From: the human T2T-CHM13v2.0 reference genome, Homo sapiens
Strand: one strand, 5' to 3'
NCBI RefSeq assembly: GCF_009914755.1
Contig: NC_060947.1
DNA length: 64,000 nucleotides
This document shows, in pieces, positions 54,901 to 64,000 of this stretch. The translations under genes were made by a program, and so were the position numbers. The notes beneath the pieces are model-generated. The model did not search any database. It was given only the letters and a program-made list of their open reading frames with translations, and was not told where the DNA came from. The number at the start of each line of letters is the position of its first letter. Positions within the stretch are counted from its first letter, which is position 1.

Positions 54901-57368
54901 ACACACACATGCAGAAGAAAACTTCAGGCCAATATCCTTGATGAACATTGATGCAAAAATCCTCAACAAAATACTTACAATCCAAATGCAGTAGCACATC
55001 AAAAAGTCCATTCACCATGATCAAGCAGGCTTTATTCCTGGGATGCAAGGTTGGTTCAACATAAGCAAATCAATAAATGTGATTCATCACATAAAGAGAA
55101 CTAAAGACAAAAACCACATGATTATCTCAATAGATGCAGAAATGACTTTCAGTGAAATTCAACACCTCTTTATGTTAAAAACTCTCAATAAATTAGGTAG
55201 TGAAGGAACATACTTCAAAATAGTAAGAGCCTTCTATGACAAACCCATAGCCAATATCATGCTGACTGGGCAAAAGCTGGAACAATTCCCCTTGAAAACT
55301 GGCACAAGACAAGGATGCCCTCTCTCGCCATGCCTATTCAACATAATATTGGAAGTACTGGCTAGAGCAATAAGGCAAGAGAAAGAAATAAAGGGCATCC
55401 AAATAGGAAGAGAGGAAGTCAAACTTTCCCTGCTTAGAGACCACATGATTCTATATCTAGAAAACCCCATAGTCTCAGCCCAAAAGCTCCTTCAGCTGAT
55501 AAACAACTTCAGCAAAGTTTCAGGATACAAAATCAATATACAGAAATCACTAGCATTCCTATAAACCCACAACAGCCAGGACGAGAGCCAAAGTAGGAAA
55601 ACAATTCCAATCACAATTGCCACAAAAACAATAAAATACCTAGGAATACAGCTAATGAGCCAGAAGAAAGATCTCTACAATAAGAAGTGCAAAACTCTGG
55701 TCCAAGAAATCAGAGATGACACAAACAAATGGAAAAACATTCTATTCTCATGGGTAGGAAGAATCAATATCATTAAAATGGTCATACTGCCTAAAGCAAT
55801 TTACAGATCCAATGCAATTCCTACCAAACTACCAAGCGACATTCTCCACAGAACTAAACAAACCTACTTTAAATTTGATATGGAGCCAAAAAAGCCCAAA
55901 TAGCCAAGGCAATCCTAAGCAAAAAGACCAAACTGGAGGCATCACACTATGCAACTTCAAACTATACTACAAGGCTACAGTAACCAAAACAGCATGGCAC
56001 TGGTACAAAAACAGGCATATAGACCAATGGAATGGAATAGACAGCCCAGAAATAATGTGACACATCTACACCCATCTGATCTTTGACAAAGCTGACAAAA
56101 ACAAACAATGTGGAAAGGACACTTTATTCAATAAATTGTGCTGGGATAACTGGCTGGCCATAGGCACAAGATTGAAACTGGACTCCTTCCTTACACTATA
56201 TACAAAAATAAACTCAAGATGAATTAAAGACTTAAATGTAAAAACCTGGAGGACAATGTAGGCAGTAACATTCTGGACATAGGAACTGGCAAAAATTTCA
56301 TGATAAAGATGTTAAAAACAATTACAACCAAAGCAAAAATTGACAAATGGGATCTAATTAAACTTAAAAGCTTCTGCACACCAAAAGAAACTATCAACTG
56401 AGTGAATAAATAACCTACAGAATGGGAGAAGATATTTGCAAACTGTTTACCCAACAAGGTTAATATCCAGAATTTATAAGGAACTTTAACAAATTTACAA
56501 GAAAAAAACCAAACAACTTCATTAAAAAGTGGGCAAAGAACATGAAGAGACACTTTTCAAAAGAAGACACACATGCAGCCAAACATAATGTGAAAAAAAA
56601 GATCCATATCACTGATCATTAGAGAAATGCAAATCAAAACCACAATGAGATATCTTCTCACATGAGTCTGAAAGGCTACTATTAAAAATCAGAAAAATAA
56701 CAGACACTGGTGAGGTTGTGGAGAAAGGGAAACACTTATGCACTGTTGGTGGGAGTGTACGTTTGTTCACCCATATGGAAAGTACTTTGGCAATTTCTCA
56801 AAGAACTTGGAAGAGAACTACCACTCAACCCAGTAATTCCATTATTGGGTATATAACCAAAAGAATATACATTTATTCTACCACAAAGATGCATGCATGT
56901 GTATGTTAGTTGCAGCACTATTCACAATAACAAAGACATTGAATCAACCTAAATGCCCATCAATGGTAGACTGAATAAAGAAAATGTGGTTCATATAATC
57001 CATGGAATACTACACAGCCATAAAAAAGAATGAGATCATGTCCTTTTCAGCAACATGGATGAAGCTGTATGTCATTATCCTATGTCAAATAATACAGAAA
57101 CAGAACTCCAAATACGTCAAGTTCTCACTTATAAGAGGGAGCCAAACATTGAATATACATGAGCACAAAGAAGCGAACAACAGACACCAGGGCCTACTTG
57201 AGGGTAGAGTGTGGGAGGAGGGGGAGGATCGAAAACTGCCTATCAGATATAGTGTGCTTATTGCCTGGGTGATGAAATTATCTGTACACCAAAGCCTGTG
57301 ACATGCAATTTACCTATATAACAAACCTGCACTTGTACCTCTGAACCTAAAATAAAAGTTGACAAAAT
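51980..57368 (+). mobile_element. Near-full-length decayed L1PA15/16-like LINE (ORF1, ORF2, 3' UTR; no 5' UTR)
   Basis: ORF1 peptide (52382-52717), EN (53853-54131), RT (55043-55564, [10 protein letters not shown]), C-terminus and tail; many stops; possible TSD aaagacctc / aaagcacctc. Confidence 0.9.
52851..53237 (-). mobile_element. THE1/MSTA solo LTR nested just after L1 ORF1
   Basis: tgtattagtcc...aaaccatatca; TSD cagga / caggc. Confidence 0.9.
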
Positions 57369-58099
57369 AAAGCACCTCGGGAAAGTTTTTTAACCTTGAC
57401 ACTTGACCGCATTAAAATAAGGAAAGTATCCATACTCTGTCTCAAAATAACCAATAACTGGAAAATAAATGACACCACCAACATCACACTTTCAGTATCC
57501 CAACCTAAAAATTTTGCCACATAAAGTTCTGTGGCAAATGGCTTTGTGAGAGGTGACAGCTGGGTACACCGACCCTTTCCTTTGGCGTGAAACTTTATTT
57601 TAAACGTCTATTTAAAATGGTTCCTTTCAATATATGCGCTAAATCTGTAGCCAATGGAACCTGTTTCTTCTACATTTCATCTAAGTATCTACAACTTCTT
57701 ACCAGCTGTGATTATGTTCTGCTAATTATATGCAATATAGTTAGTAAAGTAATGTTTCCCTAATACCCCAGATGGGTCGTATGTGGACTCAGGGCATATG
57801 CTTGAGGGTAAAACCCAAAAATACAGTTTTATCAGGTCAGGTTGTATATAGGTATAGGTGAATGTATCATTTGACTGTATATAAGTAAAAACAATTGAGC
57901 TGAAGATACAATATGGAAGAAAGTTACCTATGTAACTTTATGTCTTTTTTTTTTTTAACCTTAACCTGGCAGGCTTTTATTCAAGTTCCTCTTTAGGACA
58001 ACGGTTCTTTCAAAAGTGTGGCAATTTCAAATAACTTTATGTCTTATATGCCAAATCCTCTTCTAAGAACTTCACATACTCAATTACATAATTTCTTCT

Positions 58100-59075
58100 T
58101 AACAATAAATGTTAATATATACTAGATGGAGGTAAGTGCCATAGAGTACAATGAGGCAGGGAAGTGGGATAAAGAGTGTGGAAAGAGATGTGATACAATT
58201 TTAAAGATGTGGTTAAGGAAAAAAAGGTCACTGTTGAACAGAGTCTTAAAGTAGGTTATTGAGTAAGCCACAAGGATACATATCTGAGGCAAGAGCATTA
58301 AATATAGAGGAAAGCCTGTGTAAAGGCCGCCAGGAGGGAGTGTGTCTGATGTGTACTACAAGAACTGCAAAGGACTGATTTGGCAGGAGGACAAGTAGGA
58401 AAGTAAGGCAAAGATTAAAGGGAGAGTGGAGGATAAAGTATGTGTGTATAAGGCTTTGTATGTTATAGAAAGGGCTGTGGCTTTTGCCCTTATGAAGAAG
58501 GCATGCCCTGTTTGCCCCCGCAGATAATCTGTTCACCTTTCCCCTTTCTTCTCTCTTTGGGCTTTGGGAGGCAGAATCTGTGAACTGTACCATTCTGGAT
58601 ACCTTGCCCTGTGGCTTCCATTCAGGTCTGGCCAATTGGAAGGATGTAATAGCAGGAGAATGGAGAAATAAGAACCTCTATCCTGGTCATGTGTAGCCAC
58701 AGCTTCTTTCAGGCAAACTTCTCCCATGGCTCTCACTGTGTCTTGGCAAAATTGTTCCTTGCCTTTGTCTATTCAGACCTGGGCGAGGAAAGCCTTCCTA
58801 TTGTTCCTAGTTTCTGCTTGTTTTACTGTTCCTTATTGTTTTCTCTAATCCCACAATCTCCAAATATAACCTCACCATTAAATGCTTTCCAGTTAAATTT
58901 TTTGAATGCACAATCTCTTCTACTCTCATAAAATTCTTACAGAATCAAACAGAAAGGCATTGCAGGGTTTGGAGCAGAGGAGTAACATGTTCTGATTTAT
59001 GTTTTAAAAGAGTCATGTTGGCTGTTGTTTTGAAAATTGACTCTAGGGACACAAGTACACATGCAGGGAGACTAT
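58100..59075 (-). mobile_element. L2 interrupted by an LTR33-like LTR (about 58500-58945)
   Basis: L2 motifs gggttggagcagaggagtaacatg; LTR33-like ccttgccctgtggcttcc...ggccaatt. Confidence 0.6.
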
Positions 59076-59192
59076 CAACAATGACAAACGCTAGTTAGGT
59101 ACAAAATAAACTAACAGTGATATAAAATATTACCAGAACATTCATATTGTACAGCTGTATTAAAGATCTCATTATTCTGAAAATTTGTCAAC

Positions 59193-59323
59193 CCTGAGTA
59201 TTATAACTGCTTGTGTTTTGTTTATTCATTGTTATTTTCAACTGCCAGATTGAAAGACGAAGTTTTAAAAAATTCTCCTCAAATATGGATACTTTCACAT
59301 TTGTAAACGTCAGTCTTGGTAAT
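59193..59323 (-). pseudogene. Candidate exon LPRLTFTNVKVSIFEENFLKLRLSIWQLKITMNKQNTSSYNTQ
   Basis: Open for 43 codons; FLKLRLSIW fits LL-x3-F/L-x2-W; acceptor aaattttag, donor weak. Confidence 0.45.
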
Positions 59324-59979
59324 CTAAAATTTACTCCTGAGCTCTAACTTTTTAAACCTGATTAAATGCAAAACAATGCATAGAATCTTATAAATATTGC
59401 AGCAACTATGCACGATCAAAGAACAAACACTGATGCTATTCTTGAGACCATAAAATAAACATATTAAAAATATATGAGTAAACATGAGAGAGGCATAGAA
59501 ATGCGGTGACATGTAAAATAAATACTAAAATACATACTCAACTTGTAGTGAAAAGTCAGGATTCTCTGGTCACCATCCAACCATGTACCCGCAAATCTAT
59601 ACAGTCGCCTCAGATCTTCATAAACTACCACTGTGCTGTATGTGTTGTTAATAAGCAGAGGGAATTTCTTACAGTGTAGATAAGGATATGAAAATTTCAA
59701 AGGAGAAGGCAGTCAGATCTAACTGTCTTCTCATGGGGTATATGATTTCACTGAGATAATAACCATATCCCAAAGAATGAAAGCCTCTTGTTTTCTAATT
59801 CTTCTAAAAATGCAGGCCTTAACTAAACTATCAACCCCAAAATTGCACTGTACTTATAAAGCAATTTTTATACAAAGTATTTTATGATTCTTAAAATTAC
59901 TTAAACAACTTTCCATTTGCTATGAGAGGAATGTCAGTTGGCTGAACACATCCTCCTTGTCAGACGTGAAACTTAAACT

Positions 59980-60185
59980 CAGCTGTGACTCAGGGAAACC
60001 CTGGCTGCCCTTGTGAACTCCTGTTCTTTTAGCTCAGTTTCACAGGGTGAATTCACAGGTGGGAATGGACTTGGGTGAAGTTGAAAGTCACTTGAACCAG
60101 ATGGTTACAAATAGGCCAAGTGTCCTGTGCCTGTATAGCTCTTTGTTTGGGTATGGGATAAGAGGCTTTCTGACTCAGCACAAAT
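59980..60185. promoter_or_regulatory. Candidate enhancer motif cluster (AP-1, ARE/MARE, kB-like, GATA)
   Basis: tgactca 59986-59992 followed by gggaaaccc; tgactcagca 60171-60180; gtgggaatg at about 60059; gataag at about 60157. Confidence 0.35.
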
Positions 60186-61287
60186 AAAACTGTTTTTTAA
60201 TGAAAGGGAGGTCAAACACTCAGCCATGCCACCTGGCATCATTTAAAGAACCAGTTTGAGCTGATCATGTTCGAGTAAAATAGATACTTTTCATGTAAAA
60301 TCAACAGAAAGAAAGGAGAGAGAGAAGAAAAAAAATACCCATGTCATAAAAGAGACAGTTAAAATGACCTCAGTGGAGGTTACAGTGTTGTCCACCTGTG
60401 GTTGTAAACATCGAAAGAGTGACTGCTTCTCTTTACATTTTTTTGTAGCAAGCGCAGATAGGACAGAGTCAGATAGACCCTTAGTAAATGCATTAAAACA
60501 TTTAAGAGTGAGGAGGAAAATGAGTTTTCTGGGAGTGTGCAAATCCTTTAAGTCCTGGTGACAGCCAGTGTTCTGGACCCAAGTTGGAGTATTAGCTGGT
60601 AGGGAAAATGCAACAACACCAAGTAATTGGGATTTTCTTTTTATACCTTTCACAGTATCAAAAGATCATCATTTGTTTCCAAAAACTATACATATCCCCA
60701 AGTACCTAGTTGAAATAATCTGACTTCTCCATGTATCTTCTTAAGTAAGCATCAAATATCAAGTGGATTGCTTTCTTCTAGGGCAGAAGGAAGTATGTGT
60801 TGTGACTAATTATGAAAAAGTAAAACTAGCATTTATATTAATTTAAACATTTTCTGGGATGAAAGTTTGAGAATATGGAGAAGAATCCAGGAAGCTAGAT
60901 TCACTAGATGTTTGGGGACAGAATAAATGGGGTCAACTCAGTGAATACAGATGAACACAAAAGGATAACACTCAGTTATAACATGAAAGCCGGATTGAAA
61001 TCTGAATTCTATTATGTTTGACTAAGGACAGGGCAGTTTCTAGTAAGAGTTGGGGGAAAGCTTTGTCTTTAGTTTGTCAACAGAGGTGTCAGCTTCCTTC
61101 TTCAACCCTTCAGCGACTCAGTACATAATACTCTCCCCCACAACAATGGGTATCTCAGGTATATCGATTTACTGTGTGAATTTAATTCCATGTGTGAAAT
61201 TTCTCATAGGTTCTTTCTATTTGGGGTTTTTGGGACCATCCTAGAAAATGAAAGGCTTTATCTTTGGTAAATAAATAAATAGATTTG

Positions 61288-61590
61288 GCCAGGCGCGGTG
61301 GCTCACGCCTGTAATCCCTGCACTTTGGGAGGCCAAGGTGGGCAGATCACCTGAGGTCAGGAGTTGGAGACCAGCCTGACCAACATGGAGAAACCCCATT
61401 TCTACTAAAAATACAAAATTAGCCGGGCATAGTGGTGCATGCCTATAATCCCAGCTATTTGGAAGGCTGAGGCAGGAGAATCACTTGAACCCGGGAGGCA
61501 GAGGTTGCGGTGAGCTGGAGACCGAACCATTGCACTCCAGCCTGAGCAACAAGAGCGAAACTCTGTCTCAAAAAAAAATAATAATAAATA
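61288..61590 (+). mobile_element. AluSp
   Basis: gaccaacatggagaaacccc diagnostic; TSD-like aaatagattt on both sides. Confidence 0.92.
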
Positions 61591-62460
61591 AAAAATAGAT
61601 TTATAGGATCCATTGAAGAAAGTTTGTTTTAAAGCTCAGAGCAATCTTGCTGAATTGGAAGGGATTAGAAGAGACAGAAAATGGCCTGAGTTTTTTGAGC
61701 TTGGTGAGGAGGCAGAACCTGCCATGTATCTCAAATTCTACATCCTTATTTCTCTACTATTTATTCTCTCATTCTGTTTTCCTTAGCAGTAGACCATATT
61801 TAGTACAGAAAGCAGATCTCACATTCATCTAATCTTTTGTTCTGTGGGAAATTGAGGAGGTGAAGAATTATTTTCATGCATAGAGAAAACTAAATTGAAA
61901 CAGAGAAAATGAAGAAACCAAAGTTTAAAGCAGAGAAGAATTAAAGAAGGAAGATTTCCAGAACCTTATCAAGTACTTGCAAATTCAGAGACTTAGTTGT
62001 TGTCCAATAGCTGCCTTCATCTGTCAGAGTAAGCGATGAAATGTGTAAAATATCATTTGTGTCTTTTATCATCAAGAAGCAGGACTACTGTCATCTTCAT
62101 GTTTCTTATAACTGCTATTTCTGGTAATTCTAAAGCTATTAAATGCTATGAAATGTAAACTAGCTCTAATGTACTCAAGGAGCAGCCAATTTACACAACA
62201 GCTGGGGGAAAAAAATCAAAGCCATTCCATTGGACCAGCTGAATTGTGAGAGAGGTATTTCATACCCTCCAGCTGACACAGCATGTAGATCAAACTGGCA
62301 GCTGTATTTTAGGGAAAATATGTCACAACAGACAAATGTAAGAAAAGGACAAATCCACAAAAAGGATCTTTTGCAAATGAATCACTACAGTAGGAAGACT
62401 GCAGAATGAGTAATAAAGAGGCATCTTCCCCTCAATATTTAGAAAGCCCCTCATACTCAC

Positions 62461-62601
62461 TGCAACCGCTACAAGATAAAGTAAATTTTTAAGTTTCTGT
62501 CTTACAGAAACAGAAATTATGAGCCAGAATTTCCTCAGTACATTCACCATTGGTCTCTTTGTGCTGTTCTTAGCTATAAAATTGTCAATAATGAAATCCA
62601 T
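62461..62601 (-). pseudogene. Candidate 141-bp exon
   Basis: Strong acceptor tcttttatctttgtggcttttag, consensus donor GCA|gtgagt; open frame MDFIIDNFIAKNSTKRPMVNVLRKFWLIISVSVRQKLKNLLYLVAVA. Confidence 0.55.
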
Positions 62602-62679
62602 CTAAAAGCCACAAAGATAAAAGACAAGAGAAACAGGAACCCAGGTATATAGTTTTGGCACATAACCAGTCAGGGCATA

Positions 62680-62960
62680 CTACAACTTCACATTTAGAAC
62701 TGTGCTAAATATAAACCTGTTGTCAAAATGACCTTGGCATATTTACCGAGTGATGTGTTATATTGAGCTTATCATGTGGCAACATTGTTATATGTGAACC
62801 AGGTACCATTATTGGTTCCGTTTGGACTGATGAGGAAATGGTGACAGAGTGCTTAAGTAGCTTTCCCAAGGTCAAACAGTAAGCTGCAAAGCTGGGACTT
62901 GAACCCAGATCATTGAGATTCTAAAGATAGGATACTTTGCCTCATTTTACTCTTCCTGGT
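62680..62960 (-). mobile_element. MIR
   Basis: ttttggactgatgaggaaatgg...ttcccaaggtcaaacag...gggacttgaacccag. Confidence 0.75.
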
Positions 62961-63264
62961 GGTCACCTGGTTTTACCTGAACCATCCTGTGATGAAGAGA
63001 TTGCTGCAGTTCCCAGTCCCTGAGGCAGAGTGTTCAAGTTTTGAGCAACTCAGAATGTCATCCTGTCTCCTCCACTCATTTCTGTTGGCAAAAAATCTTG
63101 GAACCATATATATATAGCCATATATATTCAAATAATTATTTATTTGGATGACAGTTATTCACATGTTTGGAGGTGGCTATCAACCTGATTTCATTCTTAA
63201 TTTTCTCTTTTCTTTACTGAAACCTCCAGTTGTTTCTTATATGGCAGGTACTGAGTCCCTTTGA

Positions 63265-63572
<308 letters not shown>

Positions 63573-64000
63573 GACTTTCTAGTTATGGGGAATGTTACAT
63601 ATTCTCCATGTGTCAGTCTCTCCAACTCTAAAATGGAGACTATAATATCTCCTATCACTTAGCTTTGTTGAGAAAATGTAATACTGAATTAATACATGTA
63701 AAATTCGTACTACCTGACACATAGAAAGTGCTCAATAAATGTTTGTTTTTAGTAATATTATTGCTGTTATTATTACCTGTAGGGCTATTGTGATTAAAAT
63801 GTGATCACAGTGGTAAAATCTGTATCAGAAAGTGTGGTGCAATTTAATTACTTAGTATATGTAAATTTCCTTACCTTTTGGATCACAAAGCATCTAATGT
63901 ATGGGTAGACTTCACAACTCCTTTCAGCCCTGTAGGAGTTTATTTTCTTGGTTTTCACATTTTATAGTTTGCAGCTACAATAGACTAGTTCGATTTCTTA

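Noticed and set aside
51980-57368. Near-full-length L1 as a potentially active element
   Set aside because: No 5' UTR, many stops and frameshifts, and a nested LTR.
57513-57538. 9-bp inverted repeat tttgccaca...tgtggcaaa
   Set aside because: Short enough to be expected by chance in 64 kb.

Overview
Human (primate) nuclear DNA, AT-rich and mostly interspersed repeats: nested L1s of many ages, about 15 Alus, L2/L3/MIR, MaLR/ERVL LTRs, MER5 and MER82. Human origin is indicated by a young L1HS-Ta element (3995-5325) with the diagnostic ACA/G bases, a twin-priming 5' inversion and a perfect 17-bp TSD. I see no intact host protein-coding gene; nearly all listed ORFs are L1/Alu fragments or noise. 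The non-repeat islands between the repeats do carry a series of minus-strand exon-like segments with canonical splice sites, from about 62600 down to 18069. Several join in phase, most contain stops or frameshifts, and many encode a hydrophobic-x3-hydrophobic-x2-Trp motif, twice with Trp codons exactly 33 codons apart. My best interpretation (inference, not verified by search) is a decayed multi-exon gene for an Sfi1-repeat-like centrin-binding protein, whose last three exons are still stop-free. The window also has many L1 inversions, templated/fold-back repair scars and unusual junctions. Repeat subfamily calls are from recalled consensus sequences, and boundaries of old repeats are approximate.
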